Assembly (NCBI GenBank): GCA_963781735.1
Contig: CAWAHI010000021.1
Span: forward strand, 33,906-97,905
Reading direction: 5' to 3'
Length of the DNA: 64,000 nucleotides
Source: an uncultured Verrucomicrobiae bacterium
GTDB lineage: Bacteria; Verrucomicrobiota; Verrucomicrobiia; Chthoniobacterales; UBA10450
In this document: piece by piece, positions 8,196 through 17,296 of the stretch
Layout: each line of letters begins with the position of its first letter
Numbering within the stretch: position 1 is the first letter of the stretch
Made by a program: the position numbers and the translations under genes
The notes under the pieces: generated by a model
The model's database searches: none
What the model saw: only the letters and a program-made list of their open reading frames with translations
Told to the model about the DNA's origin: nothing

Positions 8196-9296
8196 ATGCG
8201 TGTTCCAGCTGTCGTCGTTGTTGCCGCCCTCTCAATATATCGGGTAGCATTTTCGGCCGGGGATGAGTTCGCTCGCACGGTGGCGAACAACGTTTCACCC
8301 CCAGGCAAGGCTCCGGAGGGGATGATCTGGATTCCCGGAGGCGAATTCTCAATGGGCGCAGCGGGAAACGGCGGGGGCAGTTGCGAGATGCCAATGGCCT
8401 CCAATGACGCCGATCCGATCCACCGCGTCCGCGTCGACGGGTTCTGGATGGATGCAACGGCCGTGACGAACGAACAGTTCGAGCAGTTCGTTAAAGCGAC
8501 CGGATATGTCACCATCGCGGAACGGACCCCGACAAAAGAAGAATTTCCCACTGCTCCCGCTGAAAATCTGGTCGCGGGATCAGTTGTTTTTGCGCCGACC
8601 GATCACGAGGTCCCACTCGACAATCATTTTCAATGGTGGACCTACATCCCGGGCGCGAACTGGCGGCACCCGCTCGGGCCCGATAGCGACCTCAAGGGAA
8701 AAGAAAAATATCCCGTCGTCCAAGTCGCGTACCCGGACGCTGAGGCATATGCCAAATGGGCGGGGAAACGTTTGCCGACCGAAGCGGAATTCGAATTCGC
8801 CGCGCGCGGAGGTTTGTCTGGAAAAACATACGTATGGGGAGACGAATTCCGGCCCAACGGGAAATGGATGGCCAACACCTGGCAGGGGAAATTCCCGGTG
8901 AAAGACGCAGGGGAAGACGGGTTTGCCGGGATCGCGCCGGTCAAAAGTTTTCCGCCCAACGGTTATGGTCTCTACGACATGGCTGGCAACGTCTGGGAAT
9001 GGTGCAGCGATTGGTACCGGCCTGACTATTACAAGACTCTGGCTGAGAAAGGTGGCGTCGCGATTAACCCACAAGGTCCGGATTCACCATTCGATCCAGC
9101 CGAGCCCAACGAGAAGAAACGCGTGCACCGCGGCGGCTCGTTTCTTTGCAACTCTCAATATTGTTCGCGCTATATTGTGGGCACCCGCGGCAAAGGCGAA
9201 GTAAACACAGGGACAAACCATCTCGGTTTTCGATGTGTGAAATCCGCGCAAGAAGCAGCCACTAAATTAACGGCAGGGCCTAGTTCCGTGCAGTGA
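8196..9296 (+). CDS. formylglycine-generating enzyme (SUMF1/FGE) family protein, secreted
   Basis: ORF track 8148..9296. The internal ATG at 8196 gives a signal-peptide-like MRVPAVVVVAALSIYRVAFSA. FGE-sulfatase motifs 'GNVWEWCSDWY' and 'RVHRGGSFLC' are present. Confidence 0.85.
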   Translation: MRVPAVVVVAALSIYRVAFSAGDEFARTVANNVSPPGKAPEGMIWIPGGEFSMGAAGNGGGSCEMPMASNDADPIHRVRVDGFWMDATAVTNEQFEQFVKATGYVTIAERTPTKEEFPTAPAENLVAGSVVFAPTDHEVPLDNHFQWWTYIPGANWRHPLGPDSDLKGKEKYPVVQVAYPDAEAYAKWAGKRLPTEAEFEFAARGGLSGKTYVWGDEFRPNGKWMANTWQGKFPVKDAGEDGFAGIAPVKSFPPNGYGLYDMAGNVWEWCSDWYRPDYYKTLAEKGGVAINPQGPDSPFDPAEPNEKKRVHRGGSFLCNSQYCSRYIVGTRGKGEVNTGTNHLGFRCVKSAQEAATKLTAGPSSVQ

Positions 9297-9371
9297 AAGC
9301 GTTGGGGCATAGGCGTCGCATAGGTCCAAAGTCCAATAGGCCGTTACGATCCTGCTCCGCACCATAGGCGG

Positions 9372-9827
9372 ATGACTACTTTCATTCGACTCGCCGCCGC
9401 AAGCATTGCTTGCCTGGCAATGCAGGCCTCCTTCGCGGTTACAATTCCCGCTGGCACAACGCTGGTTGTGCGCACATTGCATAACATTTCCTCCGTTGAT
9501 GCCCCCGGCAAGGCCGTTTCGATGCAGCTCGTTAAGGATGTCGTCGTTAACGGAAAGGTCGCTCTGCCTCTAGGAACAAAGATCTCCGGGCACATTGAAA
9601 CTTCGAAACGCACTCGCACTCCCACCCGTTCGCAAAGCTTGACCGTGAACATCTCAGACGCGCAAGTCCACGGACGGACCGTTGCGATCAAAACCACTGG
9701 TGCGGTTAGCCTGGGGAACCCGTATGCCAGAACAACACAACGTGGAGTTCAGGTCTCGACTTATAGTTATCAGGTCCCGGCGGGAACGAGGGTGCAGTTT
9801 CGCTTAGCTCAGCCGCTGAATTATTAA
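9372..9827 (+). CDS. hypothetical secreted protein (151 aa)
   Basis: ORF track. N-terminal signal peptide (MTTFIRLAAASIACLAMQASFA). No family recognised. Confidence 0.55.
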   Translation: MTTFIRLAAASIACLAMQASFAVTIPAGTTLVVRTLHNISSVDAPGKAVSMQLVKDVVVNGKVALPLGTKISGHIETSKRTRTPTRSQSLTVNISDAQVHGRTVAIKTTGAVSLGNPYARTTQRGVQVSTYSYQVPAGTRVQFRLAQPLNY

Positions 9828-9929
9828 AACGGTCCCGCAGTCGCGGGAGAAACAGCCGTTCCTTGAGTTCTTTGCCCTCGCAGCTTTAGTTGCGAATTCC
9901 AAACATCCCATGTTTGCGACGAAGTCCGA

Positions 9930-10859
9930 TTGCGCGGATTGTTGCGTGTGAAAGCTCACATCGATGCGTTCACCGCGCAGATTTGTGAGGTTATTGTCGG
10001 CAAAATCGAGGCGGTGAAACTCGCAGTGGCGTGCCTGCTCGCGCGCGGTCATTTGCTGATTGAGGATATTCCCGGAGTTGGTAAGACGACGCTTTCGCAG
10101 GCACTGGCCCGGTCGATCGGCGCCGCTTTTCAGCGGATTCAATTCACCAGCGACCTGCTGCCGGCCGACATCCTGGGCAACTCGATTTTCGATCGCGAGC
10201 AGCAGCGCTTCGTCTTTCATCAAGGGCCGCTCTTTTCGCAGGTGGTATTAATCGACGAAGTGAATCGCGCGACGGCGAAGACGCAGAGCGCCTTGCTCGA
10301 AGCGATGGAAGAACATCATGTCTCGGCTGACGGCGTAACTTATGAGCTACCCGAGCCATTCTTCGTCGTCGCCACTCAGAACCCGCAGCATCAAGTCGGC
10401 ACCTTCCCGCTGCCGGAATCGCAGCTTGATCGTTTTCTCATGCGCATCGAATTGGGTGTGCCCGATCGCGCGAGCGAGCGCGCGATGCTTTTGGGTGTCG
10501 ACCGTCGCGAGATGCTCAAAGAACTGAAGCCAGTGTTCAAACGCGAGACCTTGCTCGAGATCCAAACAGCTGTGCGCAAGGTGCACACGTCGGCTGCGTT
10601 GCTGGATTACCTTCAAGATTTGCTGGATGCATCCCGGCAACGTCATAGCACAGGCATTTCTCCGCGCGGCGGTCTTGCCCTGCGGCACGCCGCGCAAGCG
10701 TGGGCGTTAATGAACGGGCGCGAAATGGTTTTGCCCGAAGACATTCAAGCCGTCGGCGTGCCGGTGATGGGACATCGACTTGGCCACGACATTGAGAAGC
10801 CCGGCCAAAGCGGTCGTACCCTGGCCGAGGCGTTGGTGCGAACGGTGCCGGTGCCGTGA
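9930..10859 (+). CDS. MoxR-like AAA+ ATPase
   Basis: ORF track. Walker A 'GVGKTT', Walker B 'VVLIDEVNRA' and the typical MoxR length. Confidence 0.9.
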   Translation: MRGLLRVKAHIDAFTAQICEVIVGKIEAVKLAVACLLARGHLLIEDIPGVGKTTLSQALARSIGAAFQRIQFTSDLLPADILGNSIFDREQQRFVFHQGPLFSQVVLIDEVNRATAKTQSALLEAMEEHHVSADGVTYELPEPFFVVATQNPQHQVGTFPLPESQLDRFLMRIELGVPDRASERAMLLGVDRREMLKELKPVFKRETLLEIQTAVRKVHTSAALLDYLQDLLDASRQRHSTGISPRGGLALRHAAQAWALMNGREMVLPEDIQAVGVPVMGHRLGHDIEKPGQSGRTLAEALVRTVPVP

Positions 10860-11743
10860 ATCTCGCCAGGTTACCGCGGCTGCGACCGACTACGGCACTG
10901 GGGGGACTCGTATTCGTGTTATTCGCGATGTGGTATGCAGCGTCGAGCCAGAACAACGCCGCAGCGTATCTTCTTTTCTTCACGCTGAGCAGCCTGTTTA
11001 TCGTTTCGATCCCGCACGCGTTGCTCAATATCGCGAGCCTGAAAGCAACCACCGAATCGGTAAAACCGACGTTCGCGGGCGATGAAGTTTCGTTGCCGGT
11101 GGAGGTCACGAACCAATCAGGGAAACCGCGTTACGGCGTTCGCGTGCAAGTGCCGGACTCGGGCGGTGACGAACAGGCAGTGGATGAGATCGCAGCAGGC
11201 AGAGCTGCGCGTGTCCTGATTCGGTTCCCAGCGCGCGCGCGCGGCGAATACGAAGTGAAACGGTTATGTTTAGCAAGCGCTTTCCCGCTCGGCGTTTTGC
11301 GGGCAACGAAACGAATAAATTGTCACCAACGCTTTCTCGTTTATCCGAAACCAGAGGGCGATCCAAGGTTGCCGCGTGATCGCGCGCGTTCGGCGTACAA
11401 CAGGCCGCGAACCGAGCTGGGCGAAGGCGACGACTTCGCGGGCGTACGCGCGTATGAGCTCGGCCAATCGCAACGTCAGATCGACTGGAAAGCGGTCGCG
11501 CGCGGTCACCCACTGATGACGAAGCAGTACACCACGGAAGCGACCGGGGCGCTCTATCTTGACTTTGCCGCCGTGCCTGGGGAGGACACCGAAACGCGGC
11601 TGGCACAACTTGCGTTGTGGATTATCGAAGCCGAACGAGCGCGGCGTTCTTACGGCTTACGTCTGCGCGGAACCGAGATCGCACCCTCGTTAGGGCAGAT
11701 GCATTTTCACCGCTGCCTCCGCGCCCTGGCGCTGTTCAAATGA
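10856..11743 (+). CDS. DUF58 domain-containing protein
   Basis: ORF track. 4-nt overlap with moxR. N-terminal TM pair, then the DUF58 signature 'DDFAGVRAYELGQSQRQIDWKAVAR'. Confidence 0.85.
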   Translation: MNLARLPRLRPTTALGGLVFVLFAMWYAASSQNNAAAYLLFFTLSSLFIVSIPHALLNIASLKATTESVKPTFAGDEVSLPVEVTNQSGKPRYGVRVQVPDSGGDEQAVDEIAAGRAARVLIRFPARARGEYEVKRLCLASAFPLGVLRATKRINCHQRFLVYPKPEGDPRLPRDRARSAYNRPRTELGEGDDFAGVRAYELGQSQRQIDWKAVARGHPLMTKQYTTEATGALYLDFAAVPGEDTETRLAQLALWIIEAERARRSYGLRLRGTEIAPSLGQMHFHRCLRALALFK

Positions 11744-13732
11744 TCACGAAACGCGACACTCGCATTCCCCGGCGGCCGTTGCTCTGGCTCGCGGCGGCGC
11801 TGTTGTTTGTCCTGCCGCCGATGTTCGACGGGCTCGCTGCGTGGGTGCCGACGCTGCTGTTATCGGCAATCGCGGCCAAGTTTTGGATGGAGCCACGCGG
11901 TTACCGGCTGCGTTTTCTCCCGCTGAAGCTGGCGCTCGTCGTCGCCGCGGTGGTCGCAATCTTAATAAGCTACGGTGCAATCAAGGGCATCGAGCCTGGC
12001 GTATCCCTCATCATCGTACTGATGTCGCTGAAGATTTTCGAGGCACACACTGTCCGTGAATTCCACTTCATGGTTATGCTGGGTTGGGTGCTTTGTCTTT
12101 GCGGATTTTTCCTCGCGCAGGATCTCGCCATTGCGGTCTGCATCATGATTGCCTTTACCCTGCTGACCACGGCGCTCGTTCAATTCTATCGCGGATTGGC
12201 GGTGGGCAGGATTTGGCCGCCGTTGCGAGGCGCGCTGACTCTGCTCGCGCAAGCAGTGCCGCTAATCGTGCTGTTGTTTTTGCTGTTTCCGCGTGTGACC
12301 ACGGGCTTTCGCCTGCTGCTAACACCGAACAACATCTCCGCATCCGGTTTTTCGGATCGACTTTCACCTGGCAGCGTCGAATCCCTTGCTGCTTCGAGGG
12401 CCGTAGCATTTCGGGCCGAGTTTCCTGACGACGATTTTCCGCCAGCTAGGGCGCTTTATTGGCGGGGCCTCGTCTTGACACAGGGTGACGGAATGGAATG
12501 GCGCTCCCGGGAGACATCGCCCTCCACGTCGCATTCGTCGCAGGGGGTTCGCGGTGGCAACACCGTTCGCCAATGGATCACGATCGAGCCACACGGGGCG
12601 CATTGGATGTTTGCTTTGGATCGACCGGTTACGGCTTGCCCCGGCGCGATCCTGACGCCCGGCAATTATCTGTGGAGCTGGCAGCCAATCATGAAACCGC
12701 GACGCTACGAAGTGAAGTCGTCCCTGGAGATGGCACGCCAGGACTTGCAGCCGCGCGAACGAGAACGTGTGCTCGAGGTGCCGGCATCGATCAGCCCGAG
12801 GGTCCGCGAGCTCGCGCAATCGTGGCGGGCGGCCGATCCGGATCCGCGCGCAATCGTCAGGCGCGCTCTCGATTTTTTCCAAACCCAACGCTTTCGCTAT
12901 TCGCTTTCTCCGGGCGAATACAAGAGGAATGACCTCGAGGAATTCTTGTTTCGTCGACGTATCGGCTTCTGCGAACATTACGCGGCCAGCTTCGCAACCT
13001 TAATGCGGCTGGCTGGAGTGCCGGCCCGTGTGGTCGTCGGCTATCTCGGCGGCGAGTTCAACGAAATGGGCCATTTCTATCTCGTGCGGCAATCCGATAC
13101 TCATGCGTGGTGTGAGGTTTGGCTGCCCGTTACTGGCTGGACGCGTGTCGATCCGACCAATGTGGTCGCACCCGAGCGCGTGAATCTTGGTTTTGAATCT
13201 TTCCTGGAACGGAGCGCTAGCGCCGGTGAGATGAGCTCTGGGTTCACGCGAACTTTTGCGCGCCAGCCGTTCTTTGCCAAGATCCGCGTGACCTGGCAAA
13301 CGCTGAACTACGCCTGGGACAGTCGCGTTCTCGGCTTCGACGCGGAGGCGCAGCAAGCGCTGACGAACGAGATTGGCTTGCCGGACCTAAGACCGGTGTC
13401 GTTACTTTTCTTGAGCGCCATCATTGCTGCTGGATTTGTCGTCATTCTTGCGACCTGGATGCAAATGCTGGCACGCGCTCACCCCGATCCCGTTCAGAGC
13501 CTTTACGCTCGCTTCTGTGCGAAAGCGGCGCGATTGGGCGCACACGCGCGATCCCACCGAAGGCCCCGTCGATTTCGCACGGCGTGCCGGACAATTCTTA
13601 CCGCAGGAATCAGAACGCATCGCAACCATTTCCGATTGTTACGTTGGATTGCGCTACGGGCGGGAGATGGATTCCGCCATGTTGCATCGATTCGCTCACG
13701 AGGTGCGGCTGTTCTGTTCAACGAGGAATTGA
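11740..13732 (+). CDS. transglutaminase family protein (DUF3488 N-terminal membrane domain plus TGase core); frame-disrupted near the 3' end as assembled
   Basis: ATG at 11740 overlaps the DUF58 stop (ATGA). TGase catalytic motifs 'GFCEHYAASF', 'DTHAWCEVW' and 'VDPT' are present. After ...YARFCAKAARLG the conserved-looking C-terminus (HTRDPTEGPVDFARRAGQFLPQESERIATISDCYVGLRYGR...) continues in the frame of ORF 13424..13732. Total length is 1993 nt (3n+1). Confidence 0.8.
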
Positions 13733-13759
13733 ACTTTCGATTTTAAACCCCGATGTTTT

Positions 13760-13874
13760 GTCATCCTGAGCGTAAGCGAAGGATCGCACGAATGCAGATG
13801 AGGGGATCCCACTCAGGTTGTGTGATCTACCTCCTTTGGCGAGATCCCTCGCCCTCTGCGCGGTTCGAGATGAC
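13760..13874. repeat. palindromic intergenic element of the 'GTCATCC(T/C)GAGCG..AGCGAAGGATC' type
   Basis: Left arm GTCATCCTGAGCGTAAGCGAAGGATC (13760-13785). Internal partner GGATCCCACTCAGG (13804-13817). Right arm GAGATCCCTCGCCCTCTGCGCGGTTCGAGATGAC (13841-13874) is the degenerate reverse complement. A related element lies at 16464..16560. Confidence 0.7.
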
Positions 13875-13913
13875 GCCCGCCTGGTTATCGGCCTTGCCCC
13901 GGACACTCTCAAC

Positions 13914-14504
13914 TCAGCTTGCAGCGGGAGGTTCTGCCTTCGCAGGCGGCGCTTTCGGCGGCGTCGCCGGGGCCGGTTTCTTCTTCGCTGCCGCTTCGGC
14001 CAGCTTCGCATCTACTTCTGCCGCTTCGACTGGGTGTATCTCATGATAGTAACTATTCGATTTCTCCAAGTCGTTCTTGCGTAGAAGTAAAGCGTCGAAG
14101 CGTTCGCGTTTACTTAACTCAAATACCTTGTCCATCTTGATCGCTTCAAATGGGCAAACCTCGACGCAAATCTGGCAGCTCATGCAAACTGAGATATCGA
14201 TATCGAAGATTTTCGGATAAAACTGCGGTTTGCCCATGTAATCGGGCTTCTTGTCTTCGCTCTTAACGATATAGATGCACTGCGGTGGACATTCCTTCTC
14301 GCAAATCTTGCACGCCACACAACGCAATCCGGCCTCTGCATCCTCGGTGTCATAAATCAGGAATGGAAAGTTGCGGTAGTTCTCTGGTAAGGGACTCCTC
14401 TCTTCCGGATACTGCACGGTGGTCAGCCGTTCCTTCTCGAAATAGCTCCCGGCAAAATTCCTGAGCGTCACTGCCATTCCTTTGAGTATGCCCGTACCGA
14501 TCAT
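13914..14504 (-). CDS. nuoI: NADH-quinone oxidoreductase subunit I (2x[4Fe-4S]) with an Ala/Pro/Lys-rich C-terminal tail
   Basis: ORF track. Two ferredoxin-type cluster motifs, 'CVACKICEKECP' and 'CMSCQICVEVCP'. Tail: ...AKLAEAAAKKKPAPATPPKAPPAKAEPPAAS. Confidence 0.9.
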   Translation of the reverse strand: MIGTGILKGMAVTLRNFAGSYFEKERLTTVQYPEERSPLPENYRNFPFLIYDTEDAEAGLRCVACKICEKECPPQCIYIVKSEDKKPDYMGKPQFYPKIFDIDISVCMSCQICVEVCPFEAIKMDKVFELSKRERFDALLLRKNDLEKSNSYYHEIHPVEAAEVDAKLAEAAAKKKPAPATPPKAPPAKAEPPAAS

Positions 14505-14594
14505 CTCAATTCGTTAAATGGTTAAAATTGTTAAATCGTTAAAAACGAATTGCCGTTTTAACATTGTAGCCCTTTTAACGGTTTTAACATCGCG
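14505..14594. repeat. AT-rich TTAAA/TAACG word-repeat dyad (nuoD-nuoI spacer)
   Basis: TTCGTTAAATGGTTAAAATTGTTAAATCGTTAAAAACG is followed by its approximate complement CGTTTTAACATTGTAGCCCTTTTAACGGTTTTAACATCG. The same word family occurs at 10 other loci. Confidence 0.75.
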
Positions 14595-15761
14595 CTAGCG
14601 GTCAACCTCGCCCATAACGATATCTACGCTTCCAAGTATAACCATGACGTCCGCCACGGTATGCCCCAGACAAAGATCTTCCAGGATAGTCAGGTTGATG
14701 AAGCTCGGTGGGCGGACGCGGTAACGATAAGGATTCGAACTGCCGTCGCTAATTAAGTAGAAGCCGAGCTCGCCTTTGGGGGCTTCGATGCGCCCGTATG
14801 CTTCCCCGACAGGTGGCTTGAAAGCCCGAATCTTCACCTTCGGATTCATCACCGGGCCAGCGGGTATTTGCTCGAAGGCCTGGTTCAGAATGGCGATGCT
14901 CTCGCGCATCTCCAGCGCACGCATCATCAGACGGTCATAGGTATCGCCGTGCTCACCTAATGGAATGCGAAACTTAAACCGCGGATAGTATCCATAGCCA
15001 TCTACTTTGCGGATATCGTAGTTCACGCCACAGGCACGAAGCATCGGGCCGGTAATTCCCGCGCTAATCGCAAGCTCTGGCGATAGTTTTCCCACGTTCT
15101 GGGTCCGCGCGATCAGGATTTCGTTCTCTACAATTAGGTTCTCGAATTCGTCAAGGAACTTGGGAAAGCGATTAACGATCTCTTTGGCCTGCGCCAGCCA
15201 ATTAGCGCTGGCGTCGACGCGACACCCCCCGAAACGCATGTAGTCACACATCATTCGCGAACCGGAGAGCGACTCAAACAAATCCAGAATCTTCTCGCGT
15301 TCGCGAAAGGCGTACATGAGCGGCGTACCCCACGCGCCCATGTCACTGAGTAGAAAACCAAGCAGCGAAGCATGGTTTTGAAGTCGGGTTAGTTCGGCTA
15401 GAATGACGCGTAAGTATTGAGCGCGCTCAGGAACCTCGATCCCGGCCAGTTTCTCGACACTGAGTGCGTAAGCCCAGTTATTGGTCATCGAACAAAAGTA
15501 ATCGAGCCGGTCGGTGTATGGCATGGAGCCTAGGTAGCTCGTGTTCTCGCCGATCTTCTCATGGTTCCGATGCAGATAACCGAAGACAGGCTTGAGTTTG
15601 CGAACGATCTCGCCATCAAGCGCTACGTTCATCCGGAACACGCCATGAGTCGATGGATGCTGCGGCCCCATCGAGACTTCGAGCAATTCACCCTCGAGCC
15701 GCGAGCCCATGCTCACCGGAGGCCGTTCCATTGCTTCGAGTGTTTCAATTATCGCACTCAT
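14595..15761 (-). CDS. nuoD: NADH-quinone oxidoreductase subunit D
   Basis: ORF track. 388 aa with '[13 protein letters not shown]' and the conserved C-terminus '...[12 protein letters not shown]'. Confidence 0.95.
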   Translation of the reverse strand: MSAIIETLEAMERPPVSMGSRLEGELLEVSMGPQHPSTHGVFRMNVALDGEIVRKLKPVFGYLHRNHEKIGENTSYLGSMPYTDRLDYFCSMTNNWAYALSVEKLAGIEVPERAQYLRVILAELTRLQNHASLLGFLLSDMGAWGTPLMYAFREREKILDLFESLSGSRMMCDYMRFGGCRVDASANWLAQAKEIVNRFPKFLDEFENLIVENEILIARTQNVGKLSPELAISAGITGPMLRACGVNYDIRKVDGYGYYPRFKFRIPLGEHGDTYDRLMMRALEMRESIAILNQAFEQIPAGPVMNPKVKIRAFKPPVGEAYGRIEAPKGELGFYLISDGSSNPYRYRVRPPSFINLTILEDLCLGHTVADVMVILGSVDIVMGEVDR

Positions 15762-15776
15762 TTCTGCTTTAACGCT

Positions 15777-16450
15777 TCAACGGTTTAACGGTTCAACGAT
15801 ATTTTCCGCGCCATCGAGCTGCGGCCGCGGCGCGTAATGCCGTTTCGCCTTCTCCAGCACATCGTCGTGTGGCGTCGGCTCGTATTCGTAATCGTCCGGT
15901 TCGCGATAATCCTTCCGCATCGGGTAATCCTCGAATTCGTCCCACATTAGAATCCGTCGGAGATCGGGATGGCCATCGAAGTAAATTCCGTAGAGATCGA
16001 AAATTTCCCGCTCCTGAAATTCCGCGCTCCGCCACACGGACGTCAGTGATGCCAATCGTGTTTCCGCGGCGCGATCGGCCGTGCGCATCCGAATAATTAC
16101 AGGTCCATGTCTTCGGGCGATGGAATACAAATGGTAAACCGCTTCCAGATAACCCGGAATTACCTCCTCGCTTGTCTGATCGACTTCTTTTTCAACACCA
16201 TCGACAACTTGCTTCACCTTCACCGTCTTTTTGATTGTCCGATCGAGCCAATCGACCCCGGTTACATTGGAACAAAAATCCAGTCGCAGCTCCGGATCGT
16301 CCCGCAAAAAACGCGCGATTTCGACGGCATGTTCATTATCGATCCTGAGCGAATGCTTGTTGAGATGGGCTGCCGTTGGGCACGATGTCTATCTTCGCGC
16401 CGGGCGACGGCGGATTCGAGGCGGGCTTTGATTTCGTCGAGCGTTTCCAT
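15777..16450 (-). CDS. nuoC: NADH-quinone oxidoreductase subunit C, frame-disrupted near the 5' end as assembled
   Basis: ORF 15777..16307 carries the NuoC core (FLRDDPELRLDF...TGVDW...). The ATG-initiated N-terminus METLDEIKARLESA is in another frame (ORF 16262..16450). The total of 674 nt is 3n+2. See the nuoC finding for the two candidate shift sites. Confidence 0.85.
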
Positions 16451-16463
16451 TTCGTTAAAAACT

Positions 16464-16560
16464 CGTCATCCCGAGCGAAGTCGAGGGATCCCGCAGCGCT
16501 GCCTTAAAGCCTTCGCCACGGGATTCCTCGACTCCGCTACGCTTCGCTCGGAATGACGAA
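16464..16560. repeat. palindromic intergenic element, same family as 13760..13874, in the nuoB-nuoC spacer
   Basis: Left arm TCGTCATCCCGAGCGAAGTCGAGGGATCC (16464-16492). Right arm GGATTCCTCGACTCCGCTACGCTTCGCTCGGAATGACGA (16521-16559) is its imperfect reverse complement. Confidence 0.75.
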
Positions 16561-16564
16561 GTCA

Positions 16565-17188
16565 TTATTGCCGTTCGATCTTCATCGGCCGAAACACATC
16601 CGCGTTTGCCGTGGGCTCCAGATCATGCGCGCCGAAGGCCGGCACCGGGAACTCGCTCGGTTGATCCGGACGCAGATGTTCCGCTTTGTCTGAGCCACTT
16701 AGTTTCTGTTCGTCGATTTTGCGCTGTAATTCCATAAACGCATGCAGCAGAGCTTCGGGCCGTGGAGGGCAACCGGGAATGTAAACATCGACTGGAATGT
16801 AACGGTCGATTCCTTTGAGAACGTTGTAGCCCTGTTTGAATGGTCCACCTGAAATCGCGCACGCGCCCATGGCGATAACATACTTCGGGTCTGGCATCTG
16901 GTTGTAGAGCCTGACAATTTGTGGCGCCATTTTCTTCGTCACCGTACCGGCCACGATCATCAAATCAGCCTGCCGCGGTGATGGTCGGAAAACTTCACCC
17001 CCGAATCGCGCGATGTCGTAACGCGACGCCGCTGTCGCGATCATTTCGATCGCGCAACAGGCCAGCCCGAATTGCAATGGCCAGATCGAATTCTTGCGCC
17101 CCCAATTATAGAGATCCTGCATCGAGGTGACCCAGATGCCCTGCCGCTGCAATTCGCCGCGCAATCCTTCGTCGATGCCTTCGCTCAT
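16565..17188 (-). CDS. nuoB: NADH-quinone oxidoreductase subunit B
   Basis: ORF track. N2-cluster motifs 'GLACCAIEM', '[10 protein letters not shown]' and '[11 protein letters not shown]'. Confidence 0.95.
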   Translation of the reverse strand: MSEGIDEGLRGELQRQGIWVTSMQDLYNWGRKNSIWPLQFGLACCAIEMIATAASRYDIARFGGEVFRPSPRQADLMIVAGTVTKKMAPQIVRLYNQMPDPKYVIAMGACAISGGPFKQGYNVLKGIDRYIPVDVYIPGCPPRPEALLHAFMELQRKIDEQKLSGSDKAEHLRPDQPSEFPVPAFGAHDLEPTANADVFRPMKIERQ

Positions 17189-17296
17189 TGTTGCAGACGG
17201 TTAAAACGTTAAAATTGTTACAACGTTAAATTGGATTCTTCCTCACTCGTTCTTCGTTTTAACAATGTAACCCTTTTAACCTTTTTAACTACTGCG
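17189..17296. repeat. AT-rich TTAAA/TAACG word-repeat dyad (nuoA-nuoB spacer)
   Basis: GGTTAAAACGTTAAAATTGTTACAACGTTAAATTGG ... CGTTTTAACAATGTAACCCTTTTAACCTTTTTAAC. The two halves are approximate reverse complements. Confidence 0.75.

Noticed and set aside
14505-14594. Possible CRISPR arrays: the AT-rich word repeats in intergenic spacers and the PT-coding tandem repeat at 58972..59046.
   Set aside because: The repeat units are 5-9 nt and degenerate. There are no 25-40-nt unique spacers between 25-40-nt direct repeats, and no cas genes in the window.
14738-14752. tRNA-like T-loop strings: GTTCGAATCC on the minus strand near 14740, and GGTCGAATCC near 19820.
   Set aside because: Both lie inside the well-supported nuoD and nuoH coding frames. 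No acceptor or anticodon stems can be drawn around them.
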